Below the pieces are notes generated by a model, which worked only from the letters and a program-made list of their open reading frames with translations, ran no database searches and was not told the DNA's origin. A stretch of DNA of 63,388 bases, filler included, from Reticulomyxa filosa (lineage: Eukaryota; Protista; Foraminifera), in the NCBI GenBank assembly GCA_000512085.1. It is 16 parts of 16 records of this genome, joined end to end, with 100 filler letters (N's around TTAATTAATTAA, not from the genome) between each part and the next. Parts side by side here need not be neighbours in the genome. Positions count along the whole stretch, not along the records: positions 24,737 to 27,454 come from ASPP01017967.1; positions 27,555 to 30,938 come from ASPP01016770.1; positions 31,039 to 32,479 come from ASPP01026682.1; positions 32,580 to 33,601 come from ASPP01005681.1; positions 33,702 to 35,685 come from ASPP01009014.1; positions 35,786 to 37,049 come from ASPP01010811.1; positions 37,150 to 38,855 come from ASPP01026891.1; 9 more parts are not named here. The stretch is one strand, 5' to 3'. Made by a program: the position numbers and the translations under genes. Positions 26,100 through 38,955 of the stretch are shown one piece after another (position 1 is the stretch's first letter; every line of letters starts with the position of its first letter).

Positions 26100-27454
26100 T
26101 TGGAATCTTTATTTTTTTTTGAGTTAGATTTGTACATATTATTTTCGATAGTGCTGCATTGCTTTTGGAATTCGAAATCCAAAGAGTTGTACTTGTCGTT
26201 GAGATTGGCATAGTCAAGTTTGAGTTGGACGTATAAAGTTTCCAATCTGTCGTATTTGCCTTGCATATCTTTTTGGGTTTGTTGCAATGTGTCCAATTCT
26301 TTTTTGCATTGCGTGTATTTCTCTTTGTGCAAGTTGCACTGCATTTCTTGTGTTTTCACCAGCTCTTTTTCACTGTAATACAAGTGGCTATATTTTATTT
26401 TCTCTTTGTTTAATTCCAAAAACTGGGTTTTCAATTTCTCAAATGGTGCACTTTCCATACCGTTGCCAATGGAAGACACAGATTGATCGCAAAAGAGTTC
26501 CATTACTATTTTAGCATACATATACATATATATACATATATGCATAATATATGTATATTTATTTATTTATTTATTTGATTTGATCACAAAACTCTCTGGT
26601 GGCAAGTGAACTCCTTCCTTTGCACTGGACATATCGGAAGTGGGATCTTGTTGGAGCTGCAAAATATCATCTTTGGATTGTCGCAAGCGTGTGAGCAAAT
26701 CAACCATTTGCGTCCACAGCAAGCGGTTGCTGTTATGTGTATCTTCCAACAATTGCTTCATGCTTTGGAGGTCATTGTCGCGGGCATGGTCGACCAACGT
26801 TTGGTCAGCACAATGACCGCCATTGGGCTTGGACGAAAGAGCGTCCGACGTGCCTTTCATTGTGGCCAGCTCTTTTTGCAACGTCGCGAGTTGGTTCGTC
26901 ACGTCGCGATATTTGCCTGTCATCGTTGTTATTTCCATTTGTTTCATTGACAGTGCCTCGTTCAAACGCGTCATTTCTTTTTGCCATTCATTGCTCTTTT
27001 CTTGCTCCTTTTTTTCGTTGTCTTTCCATTTCTCCATCTGTTGTCCCTCCACAAATACGTATACAAAAAAACTCATTTAATTAGTATGCTGTCTATTTCA
27101 ACGAGGAGAGCGAGTGGCGAGGAGGAAAGAAAAAAAAAAAAAAAAAAAAAGAGAAAACATTGAGATATGTCATGTGAGGACGAAAATGTAACTTGAAGAT
27201 TAAACTGTGCTATCACAGTTTGCAATTCATTTAACTCTTTTTCTTTTTCGCCTGTCGATGTCGGCTTTTTTTTTTTAAAATATAGATATGTATATATTAT
27301 ATACATATATGTATTAATTATCTATTCGTCATTTCAATCGGCTCATCCTTCAAACAAACAAACAAACAAAAAAAAAGCTTACATTTGAAATAGCCTTATT
27401 GGGCTGCCTTAGTTGTGCAATTTGTTTGTTGCAGCAACCAACAGTTTCTATGAT
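26100..27454 (-). CDS. Multi-exon coiled-coil protein, partial
   Basis: Heptad-rich exons (EKEKELNELQTVIAQFNLQ; KEMTRLNEALSMKQMEITTMTGKYRDVTNQLATLQKEL; KKELDTLQQTQKDMQGKYDRLETLYVQLK) separated by AT-rich introns. Confidence 0.6.
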
Positions 27455-27554
27455 NNNNNNNNNNNNNNNNNNNNNNNNNNNNNNNNNNNNNNNNNNNNTT
27501 AATTAATTAANNNNNNNNNNNNNNNNNNNNNNNNNNNNNNNNNNNNNNNNNNNN

Positions 27555-28301
27555 AGGACCAGAGAGAACGAATGGATTCTTTGCTTTTGATAGTGAAGCG
27601 AAAGACAATATTTTCGAATGGGAAAATACGTATAGGGTGAGAATGCGGGGCCGTGCTTCGTCCAAACATATATTTACACCCTTTTCAAAGACCTTGACAT
27701 TATACGTAACTGAAAAATTCTTAAATTCATGTATAATCAAAAATGAAGAAATAGGCCCGTTGCTGGAGTTACTGCCAAAAGGCCAAGACACAAAGGTGGA
27801 ATTATTATATCGTGGAAGTAGAGATGGATGTACCGGAAATGCATTTCATAGAAAATGCGACAGAAAGGGGCCAACTCTGACACTTATACACTCAACATAC
27901 AACCATGTTTTTGGTGGCTGTATCGAGATAGAGTGGTGGAGTCGTAACGGCGGTAGTTCAAGCACGTGCGACCCCAAGGCATTTTTATTCTCGTTGAGAA
28001 GTACAACTATTATCTCTCCCCAAAAATTTCCCATCAACTATGAGCATAAGGGAAAAGTAATCAAGAGTGCGAGAAACTTTGGACCATCTTTTGGTAAGGA
28101 AAAATGTTTTACTGAATTTTTTTTGTTTGATCGATTTTTGTTTTGTTTTTTTTAATAGGTGAGGGTGATATTACTATTCCTGATAATTATGACGAAAGTG
28201 AAAGTAGCAGTACTTTAAAAATGTACGGGGACCAAGAAATTTCGCTTGCAGAACATACAAAATTTAAGGTGCAAGAAATAGAGGTGTATTCGATACAATG
28301 A
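27555..28301 (+). CDS. TLDc-domain protein, 5'-truncated; exons to 28093 and 28159-28301
   Basis: ELLYRGSRDGCTGNAFHRKCDRKGPTLTLIHSTYNHVFGG, DPKAFLFSL, FGPSFG-EGDITI, FKVQEIEVYSIQ*. Confidence 0.9.
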
Positions 28302-29620
28302 TTTTTGCTCTGCTTCACTTTTTTCTTCTCGGGGAAGGCTTTTGTTCCTTCAAGTGGAAAACTTTTTTTCTCAAATTCTAATTTAATTTTCGTTTGTAAG
28401 AAAGAAAATTGTTTTGCAAATAATCTTTATTTTATTTTATAGTAATGTTACTTGTGACATATTAAATTTATTGCATAGCAATGAATATCAGTAACCCAAG
28501 TCAATGAAACATCTGCATTACAAATCAAAGCAATTTTACTGTACTTGTCCAAATTGGATGTGGCACTTAAAAAATAAAAAAAAGTTTACATGATTTTTTA
28601 AAAAATCACAAATTATTTTTATTGAGTTTTGGAGGCAGTTGTTTTTGAGAAACTCCAAAGAAAAGTAATTAGCTGGTCTTTCAACTTGGTAATTGCCTTT
28701 ACCAAATGGAATAAAAATTGTCTCGATCTTCTTTTCGAACATAGTGTAACTTTTTGAAATTTTGATTCACAAAACAAAAAAACAAATATGAAAAAACTCA
28801 CTCTAATCTTTGTTGTTAAAAAATACCACTCACTAATCATTTTGTCTGTGAATTCTTGCTTTAGATAATAGTAAAGTGTTGTTGTTTGCCATCTTTTATT
28901 TATATTTTATTGGTTTAAATACATTACACAAAATATTAGTAACAACGACTTCATATTGCACTTTTTTAAAAAAGAAATGTTTAAACGAATTAACTTAAAT
29001 TTAACAAATTTGTTAAAGTTTTTTTTTTGTTTTAAAAACTAATATCGGTATTGTTTCGCTCATAGACAAACGTGTAAAAAAGTTTAGAGTAGAGAATGTT
29101 TTGTAGAAACTCTCACATAATGAAAATCATTTTTTAGTATTGTGTGTTATAAGTATTTCATTAATAAAATTAAAGTGAGAATGTTTTGTGGTTACAAAAT
29201 AACCGGTGATCATTCTAGCAGAAACATAGAAAAAAATGAAGATGAAACTGACTCGCTCATCCACATGTAATAATACCTCTTAGTAGAAAAGAAATAAATA
29301 ATTTTTTTAGTGTAATAAAAGTGTAGTTGTTTCAAATAAAAACATATATCACATTCAAAAAATGAAACTAAAAGTTTGTAATCATTTTGTTTGTTTAAAA
29401 TTCTTTTTAATTTACAAAGTATTGCGAGAAAGACAAAATTTAAAATCAATACACAAAAATATTTTCTCTTTAATTAGAATTTTAATCATTATGATTTGCT
29501 GCTATTCACAGTTTTATTTTTTTTTTGGTCGAGTTAAATAAATGATAATGCTCATAAAAAAGAATATGTCACATAAAGAGCAAACACTTTTCACTATAAA
29601 TTATTACCACAAAATTTTTT

Positions 29621-30581
29621 TTATGTCTTGGCTGGAAGAATTTCATATTTACCAGCATTTATTTTTCGTTTGTTTTTTTTTTTAAATGGTATACCCAATG
29701 TATCAGATGAGCTTTCCATTTTTCTTTTTTTACAAATATTATCAATAGCATTTATTCTTGTCTTCAATTTGATAATTGCAGCAGTAGTGCCTTTATAAAG
29801 CTCCAAATTTTCTTGTGATAATACACTATTGTCGATTTCAGGTATATATCTTTGAAATCTTGATTCCGATTTTGACATATATTGGATGTATTATCAATCA
29901 TTTTAAAATTGGATAAATTAATGCAATTTTCACTTGTAGCACTAATTACATTTTCTTTTTGTTTTGATTGGTGTTGTTCAGAAGCTTCATGTGTTGAATT
30001 AATTGAATTCTCTTTTTGTTCCGGTTGTTGTTAAGAACTTCGTGTGCTGAATTAATTGAATTCGCTTTTTGTTCTTGTTGTTGCTGTCCAGAAGCGACTG
30101 TTGAATTAACTAAACTTTCTTGTTTAGATTTTAAAAATTTTGGATCAATTGCATTACCTTTAAGATAATTTTCCATTTGGTTTTTAAGGTCAATGATTAA
30201 ATTTAAATGATACTCGCTATAGTCTTTCATTACTGGATAATCCTGGTTTCGGCTTTTGTTAATTTGCTTTGAAAGGAAAAAACGGTCACGAAAAACTTTG
30301 CAGCCTTTGCTTCGACACATACAATATGTAGGTTTAAAAGTGGAAGTTGGGCAACAGAGTTCAACCGCAATTTTCATCGATCCATCAACAGTAAAGTTAC
30401 TGTCAATATAACTCCAAAATTTTCTTTTATTCTCACACTTTTCTGCTTTTTTTATAAGACCACGCATATGCAACTTGTGAGCTTTACGGCATAACAAATG
30501 ACCATCACCACAATTGCAAAGAACAGCACACGAAAGCGAATGCTTCGATTCACAATTAGGATGATGAGTTACAACGTCCAT
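29621..30581 (-). pseudogene. Intronless Cys/His-rich hypothetical gene disrupted by frameshifts
   Basis: 218-aa ORF with clustered Cys/His, an internal ~54-nt duplication whose first copy lacks 1 nt, and a downstream coding-like 85-aa ORF in another frame. Confidence 0.45.
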
Positions 30582-32629
30582 TATCAATGATGACAACAAC
30601 AAAAAAACTCACAATGTTTCACATAAGTTCGAAAATTTTCCACATATAAATCTTTGGAAGCTGAAGAATGTTACTTGTTTATTGTATAACAAAAATTATT
30701 TCAATTGTGATTGATGAAGTTTCACAAGATGAAAACAAGTAAAATTATTTTTTTTGTTTATTACTTTATAAAGGTCTATAAAAAGATTATTACTGTCTTG
30801 TGTTATCATTGCTAAAACATTTGATACTACTTTTAGTGTTCCATATCCAAAAAGTTCAATCAAATGAACAAAAAATATCATCACATTAAAAATCATCTCA
30901 CAAAATGAGCAAACCATAACGGTTTCAAAATTTTGTAGNNNNNNNNNNNNNNNNNNNNNNNNNNNNNNNNNNNNNNNNNNNNTTAATTAATTAANNNNNN
31001 NNNNNNNNNNNNNNNNNNNNNNNNNNNNNNNNNNNNNNCCTAATTATTATCTAAAGATAATGAAAAAGTTGAACAATTTTATTGATTTTTCAATTTTTCG
31101 AACTACAAAAAAGATATATACAACAGCGCCTCCACATGAAAATATCTTTTCAGCATTAAAAAAGTTCATTTATCCGCTCTTCTCCTCGTGTGCCAAAGTC
31201 AATAATGACAGCTGTTGGCGCATTAAACCTTTTTTTTAGGAAGAAGTTTAATAAAATCCATCAAAAATGATCAAAGATATTGCAATATTTCCTTCTTGGC
31301 TTCTCATTAGTAAAAAGTGTAATCCATTATTTTAAAAATTATTATTTTTAATTTGTTTTTATCAAATCGCGTTACTTTTGATTGGAAGAAAGTTAGACAA
31401 CTTATAGAGCTCCATCAATTGTTTTTGGGCTCGTTAATTTCTTTTTTTAGGTGCCTTTTGTTTTGCAAAGCAAAGATTATTCTTTTCAAAATAAGATAGC
31501 AGTTATATCATATGTGATCAAGAATGTATTTTTCCTATGGGACGATCATATTACATTACTTAGTTATGCTATATCGATGCAATCCAATTTTATGATACAA
31601 TTTAATCATTTAATTGAGATAAATTGCAATCAAGCGATAAAAGAAAAAATATAAAAACATCAATAAACTACATTAATGACTCAACTTATTGTAGAGTTGT
31701 TTTTTTTGTTGATAATTTTATGTATTTACCAAAAGTCAAATACTATAATAAGGTGATGCAACGACAATTTGTTGTGTATTTTGTAATAACTTTTATAATA
31801 CAACAATAATATCCTTTTGAGTCAGGTGAAATTGTATGAGTATTTTTAAAATTTATTTATTCTATTGATCGAAGAATAATGAATTTTTTGGTAATGATCC
31901 ATTTCAACTATCTTAAAAAAGATAAATACATTACGAAAAAGAAATCAAAAATGAAAAGGGTCTTGCAATTTCAATCACTTGATCAATTGAATCCGACATA
32001 TACACAAACAAACAGGAATATTGTGTTCCATTATTCGGTTTTGCCAAAAAATTAGAATGTTACAACTACTGTATAATATATTATAACTAATTAATTACTA
32101 AATCATATCCAACAAATAATTGTTTTATTCTTTCTATTTTTTAGTTAAAAAAATAAAAGTTGGTGAATGGATAGAAGGATGACACGTATCTGCCTATTGA
32201 GAATAAAGCACTGTGCTTGCGTTTGGTGATAGTGGATTATAACAAATGCTATTGTCAGTGCCAACAGTTGCAAGTACAACATGTCGGGCGCTTTAAACAC
32301 TGGCATCACTTTTGTGAGGAGTCTGCTGTAGAGAATCTGTACTAAATGTAATACGAAAGGAACTTAGTTCCAAAAGAACAATTTCAATAAAAGGAAAGTA
32401 AATTAAAGAGAATTAATGGCAAAAGGAAAGTAAGAAAAAGACAAGGAAGTAAGAAGTAGTTAACTGAGGAAGTTTAACCNNNNNNNNNNNNNNNNNNNNN
32501 NNNNNNNNNNNNNNNNNNNNNNNTTAATTAATTAANNNNNNNNNNNNNNNNNNNNNNNNNNNNNNNNNNNNNNNNNNNNCCCCCCCCTTTTTTAAACAAA
32601 AAAATAAATTATAAAGAATAAAAATAACT

Positions 32630-33164
32630 CCAGCTTTGTGTAACAGTGGATTGTCAATTAGCACATCGCTGCTACCATCATTGTCGTCATAGTTTGCAAT
32701 GGGCATCGACCCAATGTATTTTTCGCACAAACGGGTGTATTCTGATCTCTTTTCATTCAAGCAGGACGCCCATGTATTTATTTCGATCGGCAAATATCCC
32801 AAGTAAATCTTCCAATACACTGATCGGATCCGAGAGTGTCTCAAGTCGACGTGCTCTGCTCGCTCCATTAATCCATCAAAGTCTAATCGATTGTTCAATG
32901 CTCCGCTTTCGATAAATACACCAAACTCGGTTCTAGTCGCACAAAGGGCAAAGAGGGGAAATAACATATTTTCGTTTGCTTTTTCAAAAAAAAAAAAAAA
33001 GTCGCCCCTCTCATCTCCACCCCCTTTTTTTTCAAAGAGAAGGGGAGTCCAAAAAACTTTGCGCGAGTTTCTGCATTCTCGTCCAATGCTAATGTATCTC
33101 GTGCCTCTTGTAAGCCACGCAAAAAGTGCTTGTCTTTCAATTCAGCGAGAATTGATGTGTTCAT
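32630..33164 (-). CDS. TBC-domain RabGAP, TBC1D5-like, N-terminal part
   Basis: LRHSRIRSVYWKIYLGYLP..TWASCLNEKRSEYTRLCEKY..DVLIDNPL matches the TBC1D5-type N-terminus. Intron at ~32937-33063; cut by spacer. Confidence 0.75.
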
Positions 33165-33701
33165 TACAACTAAAACAAATCAAGCAAGAACAAGATGAAA
33201 AAAAAGGATGAAAGGGAATATGCAAGCTTTTTTTGCAGTGACAACATTTTTAAATTGGTAATTTGTTTTTTTGTCGGTCCATTTTTGTTTTTAAAAATAT
33301 TTATTTTTTGGACATGTGTTTTGTGTCTGTGTGCAAAAATGTCACAAAACTCAAGACAAAAATAAAAATTAAAAAAACTTACACCAAATAAAATTTCAAA
33401 GCTAAAATTTAATTTCACAAAAAAATCCAATTAGTTAAATTTTACTTGTTGAATTTTTAAAAATTATGAAAGATGCTAATTTTAAAAATTACATGTGTGA
33501 ATTGAAGATTCCTAAAAAAGAAACGAAAAGATTTAAAAATTTCATCTTGTCAATATAAGTTTGATTTATATGCATTCCTGTGAAATTTTGAAAAATCATA
33601 CNNNNNNNNNNNNNNNNNNNNNNNNNNNNNNNNNNNNNNNNNNNNTTAATTAATTAANNNNNNNNNNNNNNNNNNNNNNNNNNNNNNNNNNNNNNNNNNN
33701 N

Positions 33702-33739
<38 letters not shown>

Positions 33740-33747
33740 TGAAACTT

Positions 33748-34357
33748 GATAAGATTGGATAATTTTTTGCATTGATTCAAATGTTTTCATGACCAAAGAG
33801 AAGTGAAATTGTAAATTGGCAGTCAAGTGATCTTTTAGTTCGTGCTTAACACAAACATGATTGCAACCAAATGGTCCAAACCAACAGTCAACCAATTTCA
33901 ATGGACACGTATTTTCCAAGTGATTAGACAAGTCTTTTACCTTTCCTTTGAAGTGACAATAATAAGCTATTATGAAGGGTTGTCCATTGTCTTTCTGTGA
34001 GATTTGTTTAGATGCTTGAAACTGTCGTGGGCACATCACAACCAATTCATCAAGCAGTTTTTGCAAGGCCCTATTTTTGGAGTACTGACAATTTTCGTGA
34101 GGCTCAACGGGGCAATGATTATTATCTCTCAGATACGTTTTTAAACAATTTTCTCCAGCGACCAGCGCTTCGTTTAAATTTCCATGTTGAGAGCAAGTCA
34201 AATCCACCGGATTATTTACTATTTGTTTGCAAATCAAGCAAACAAAATGTTGGAGTTGTTCTTCTTGATTCAACTTCAACAGCAATTCCTTGTCGTAACA
34301 CGACGATTGCAACAAAATAGGAGTGGCTCCAATTTCTTCTTGAGTTTTTCCATCCAT
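33748..34357 (-). CDS. RING-like + TRAF-type zinc-finger protein, 3'-truncated
   Basis: CLICKQIVNNPVDLTC..H..GENCL..YL..NNHCP (degenerate RING); CHFKGKVKDLSNHLENTCPLKLVDCWFGPFGCNHVCVKHELKDHL (TRAF zinc finger). Confidence 0.8.
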
Positions 34358-34939
34358 TTTGTTTGAGCTTTTTTTTTTTGGTTCCCAAAAGTTTCGTATT
34401 CATATCACAACGTTTCTAGATATTGCACATTAGTTACTCTAAATGTGTTACCAGCAACAAAAAAAAAACTGTACTTTTTTTATTGTCTGTTTGACCAATT
34501 GACCACCAACCTTTAAACAAAAGTTGCAAATGGTTAGGGTGATTACCCATTGCATCTTCTTCACGTGCTGAAATGGATAAGTATTGTATTGGCAATATTG
34601 TTTGAGCTAGTGTTTCTGATGCAATTAATCAACAACAAAAAAAAAACCCATAAAAAACCGAAAAAACGAATAACAGAAACCCAAAAGCAAAGTGCAAGTA
34701 GAAATTAATACCAACATGAAACAATATAAACATAGTGGCTGTAATAAAAGAGTTAAAAAAAAAAATTGCTATTATAGTTATTGCTATTTCTATGAACAGC
34801 CCTTGTTGGTCTCGTTGCGTCCCTTCTCCCTCTTTTTTTTTTTTGATCTCATTGTCCAAACTTACAAGAAAAACAGTCTTAGTTCGGAGCGGAGCGCGTC
34901 TGCTACGTGGGGACAACTCTTTTTTTTTTTTTTGTGACA

Positions 34940-35584
34940 TTAATTTGCACCCAAATAATAAGACGACTTTCGAGTCGAGTACGAATCTTTATGCAAATTC
35001 AAGTCTCTCAAAGTGAGATACAGCCGCTTGAAATTGCGTGTGCCCAATTTCCCTTCCAGTGGGGGCAGGTTCATTTTGAGCAAAAATTGTTTTGTCTGCC
35101 ACACCATGCAAACGTAGCAGATATTGCTAATGATAAAGCAGAAGAGCCACAAATACCACCAAAACTGGAAGTTGAGATGATTGGTGCGTGCGCTGTCGTA
35201 CTTTCGTCCAAAGTTAAGTACAAAGAAGGCAACGACGGCCATGACCACATTGAGCACACCCCGGAGAATAAACTCTGCCCATAAGTAAGGAACGCCCTGA
35301 AACCTGGTCCCGACGGCGGCAAAGTAGGCAACACTATTGGTGAATCCGGCCAACCAGCCATAAGGTCCGGCAAATGTTTTAAAGTCTCCATGGATCTTGT
35401 AGACGCAAAAGATCTCAAACACAATGATAAAACACGGCAGCGTGTACGACAAAAAACTGGCATGATCCAACACGTCGGTGCACGTTATCAGTACATATAC
35501 GGACACAACGCGGACCACGTAATCCAGTGACGTGGAGATCCACATGTATATGCCGACATCGCAATTTATTATCACCGGAGTCAT
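34940..35584 (-). CDS. Multi-pass membrane protein of unknown family (3' exon)
   Basis: GC-richer 214-aa ORF with 4-5 hydrophobic helices (e.g. YTLPCFIIVFEIFCVY, VLNVVMAVVAFFVL, FWWYLWLFCFIISNICYVCMVW). Confidence 0.6.
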   Translation of the reverse strand: MTPVIINCDVGIYMWISTSLDYVVRVVSVYVLITCTDVLDHASFLSYTLPCFIIVFEIFCVYKIHGDFKTFAGPYGWLAGFTNSVAYFAAVGTRFQGVPYLWAEFILRGVLNVVMAVVAFFVLNFGRKYDSARTNHLNFQFWWYLWLFCFIISNICYVCMVWQTKQFLLKMNLPPLEGKLGTRNFKRLYLTLRDLNLHKDSYSTRKSSYYLGAN

Positions 35585-35785
35585 CTCTTTTGTTTGTTTG
35601 GGTTAGTTGTTTATAGGGCACATTATACTATTTACAAAGGTGTAACGTAATGAAAAGGGAAAACAAAGGGGGGGGGGGGGCACTANNNNNNNNNNNNNNN
35701 NNNNNNNNNNNNNNNNNNNNNNNNNNNNNTTAATTAATTAANNNNNNNNNNNNNNNNNNNNNNNNNNNNNNNNNNNNNNNNNNNN

Positions 35786-36995
35786 GAAGAAGAAGAAGAA
35801 GAAGAAGAGAAACATAGAAATGAGATTGCAAATAGACTTGCAGATCAAATGGCGAATAGAATGGCAGATGAAATGGCTAATAGAGCGGCAGATGAAATGG
35901 CCGATAGAATGGCAGATGAACTTGCGAATGGAAGTGAAGACATCAATGAAGTGGAGCAAAAACACAGGCCAAGAGGTGATAATGATAATGATGATGAGGA
36001 AGACAAAGACATAGACGACGAGGACGACCAAAATGACAGTCCGCAGGATCCAAAGACTAACAATCAGGGTGATGGTGAAGACGACGAGGACGGTCATAAT
36101 TACGGAAGTTTTACTTATGAAGGTACAATGTCAGTCCCATTTCCTTGTTTGACCAGCATGTATCCAAAAAACGTAAGAGGGGGAGAAAAAAGAAAAGTAC
36201 ATTAAGATAACACCAACACTTTATGAATGACTCAAAATCCAGGGGGCTATCCATCCGAACACCTTCATTTGTCTCCTCAAATGTCGACTCTGTCCAGCAA
36301 CGAGCCAGGCTCACTCAAACCGATTATTGTCAAAACCACAGTGACCCCACCTACGGCCTTGTGGCCTCGTTTTGGAAAAAGTTTCAACGAACAGGTTACA
36401 ATAACATATTTCTTGTCTGTTGTATCATTACACATCATATTACATATACACGTATATGTGTTGTATATAATAGTCGACAAATCTGAATATGAATACGAGT
36501 GTTGGGAAAAAGCATCCTCCTCCGGTACATTTGGGTATTGAAATACCGCAGATGCATAACAATCCTCGCATTCGTAAACTAACAGAGTTGGGTTTTTCTC
36601 GCGCAGAAACGCCGGCGCATATTGTCGAGCGCGGTGACGCGGATGAAAACATGCCGCTGATCACGCTTCCAGAAAGCCCCGAAGCGAATAGCCATTACTA
36701 CCTGAACAACGAGACCAAGCCAGGTCTGTCGCAGATGTCTCGACGACAATCGTTCCATCGACGAACGCGCACAATTGGAAAAGACCACGACATTGAGTCC
36801 ACGTACCATGAATTCAACAACACGAACAGCTCGAGCAGCCACTCCAATTTCGCGGGCATTTCTCCGTCGCTGCTCAAAGACTTGGAAGACGTCCATCACA
36901 CACATGCCCCACCTCTTCATCGAAAGCGAGGAAGCACTGGAAGTTTGGCTGTTGAAAATAACGAATTGAGTTCCACCAGTCACGTCACTGGTTAG
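35786..36995 (+). CDS. Hypothetical low-complexity protein, internal exons
   Basis: Acidic and Ser-rich coding blocks separated by GT-AG introns (~36123-36243, ~36395-36472); includes 8-aa repeats DEMANRAA. Confidence 0.55.
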
Positions 36996-37149
36996 CAATA
37001 TATTATAAATAAATAAATAAATAAATATATATATATATATATATTTATTNNNNNNNNNNNNNNNNNNNNNNNNNNNNNNNNNNNNNNNNNNNNTTAATTA
37101 ATTAANNNNNNNNNNNNNNNNNNNNNNNNNNNNNNNNNNNNNNNNNNNN

Positions 37150-38260
37150 GGTCTTGCATTTGCCTCATTCAAGGACAACAAAAGCATGCGAATTAGTTTT
37201 GCGATTTCTTCTTTTACTTCAATATTATCATATCTTCTTCTTCTTCAATTGTGACTCCACCACTTACGCCATCTGTGGACTTAATGTATTCTAGCTGTTG
37301 TAAAAACAACAAATTAATTCAAACTGTTTAGAGAGAAAGATAAAAATAGTCAATGTATTTTTAACTTTAACCTTCTTTCAAATGTATTCGAATCAATCAA
37401 GCCAACCGTTTCCTGTCGATCTCACTTGACTATGACAACAGCTTTTTTTACATTGAAAAGCAATCCAGCCATAAATTAAATTGTAGTAATATTTTCCACC
37501 AAGTCAATACGAAAGTCATACCAATTGAAATATTTCATTGCATCTTTGGTGTGTCAATATCGGGAGTCACACACACACACAGCATAATTATCAACAAATA
37601 TTTGGCCGAATTATGCGCATTGACTGATTGAGTGAATCGAGTAAAAATAATGCGTGCTAATTTGAGTGTTGTTGTCGGTTGTATTTCTTTTTCATACATA
37701 TAATCTCTAACCACCCAAAGTATTGATGAAAAGGATTTATTGTGTCATCCTTTGTTCGAATTATCTTCTTGCCTCTATCAATAACTCACACTTCTTGCAC
37801 GATTCATTGCCAGTCTTCATAGTCCATATACCACAACACCACTGGCCCACATTGTTGCTTCATCTTTTTACTTTCTTCTTCCCTTGATATATTCTTCTTC
37901 TTGTCCTTCCTTATCTTCCTCTTTCTTTCATTACAAACCTACAATTAAATGATCCATGTTTCACATTTTGGCTAAGATATTTCACAACAACTGAAATATG
38001 ATAAAAATAACATATAACTTCAGATAGAGATGATGTCCTTCGTGATCGGTTGGCATTTGTTCTTTTGTATGCCATTCTTTTGATTGTTTTGGAATTGGTG
38101 ATATGTCTTGAATTTGAGTAATTGCAGGATTGTATACCATTATTCACTCCAGTACATACTTGTTTCGAACTCGCTTCGACAATTGATCTTTTTCTCCTTT
38201 TGCTTGCTATATTTGGACGTGTGGAACTTGATCTTGTATTGGCCGACATTTCATCTATAA
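37150..38260 (-). pseudogene. Degraded spliced gene of unknown family
   Basis: Coding-like minus-strand segments (MSANTRSSSTRPNIASKRRKR..., LEYIKSTDGVSGGVTIEEEE, EEIAKLIRMLLLSLNEANAR) interrupted by stops and frameshifts. Confidence 0.35.
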
Positions 38261-38955
38261 CATTCAAACATACGATCCAACACATACATTTTTTAAAACA
38301 AACACACAAAGAGAAAAACTTACTCCATCAATATTGTTATCCCACGCGGGATATAATCACTTTTCAAATTAAAAAAAAAATAAAAAATCAATATTTCTAA
38401 CATAATTTTTTTCCTTTATTAATCTTTTTCTTTTTCTTTTTCTTTCTTTTTTTATGTAAAATGTCACATTTTTTTATTTTTTTTACAATCCTTTTTCTTT
38501 TTTTTCTTTCCTTTTTCTTTTTTCCTTTTCTTTTGTTATCCATTTTTTTTTCTTATTACTTCATTTTTTTTTCTTATTACTTCATTTTTTTTTCTTCATC
38601 CTTTTTTTTTTATTATTCAATTTTCTTTTTTCCCACTATTCTTTATTTCCCAATTTTTTCCAATTCTTTTTTCAAGATAGTACCTATCCTGCCTATGTTT
38701 TTGCCTCGACCGACCTATATGCACAAACAAAGTTACTTTTTATAATCTTTTAAATAATAGACAAAAAAAAATATTTATAACATACTTGTAACTCCATCTG
38801 CTCAATATTTCTTTTTTCCTACACAGAAACTAACAATAATTTTTTTTGGGGATGANNNNNNNNNNNNNNNNNNNNNNNNNNNNNNNNNNNNNNNNNNNNT
38901 TAATTAATTAANNNNNNNNNNNNNNNNNNNNNNNNNNNNNNNNNNNNNNNNNNNN

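Noticed and set aside
32335-32479. Purine-rich quasi-repeat (AAAGGAAAGTAA...) at a contig end
   Set aside because: Looks like a low-quality read tail next to the gap; no consistent unit.
38401-38745. Phe-rich 94-aa ORF and short TCTTATTACTTCATTTTTTT duplication
   Set aside because: T-rich low-complexity non-coding DNA.
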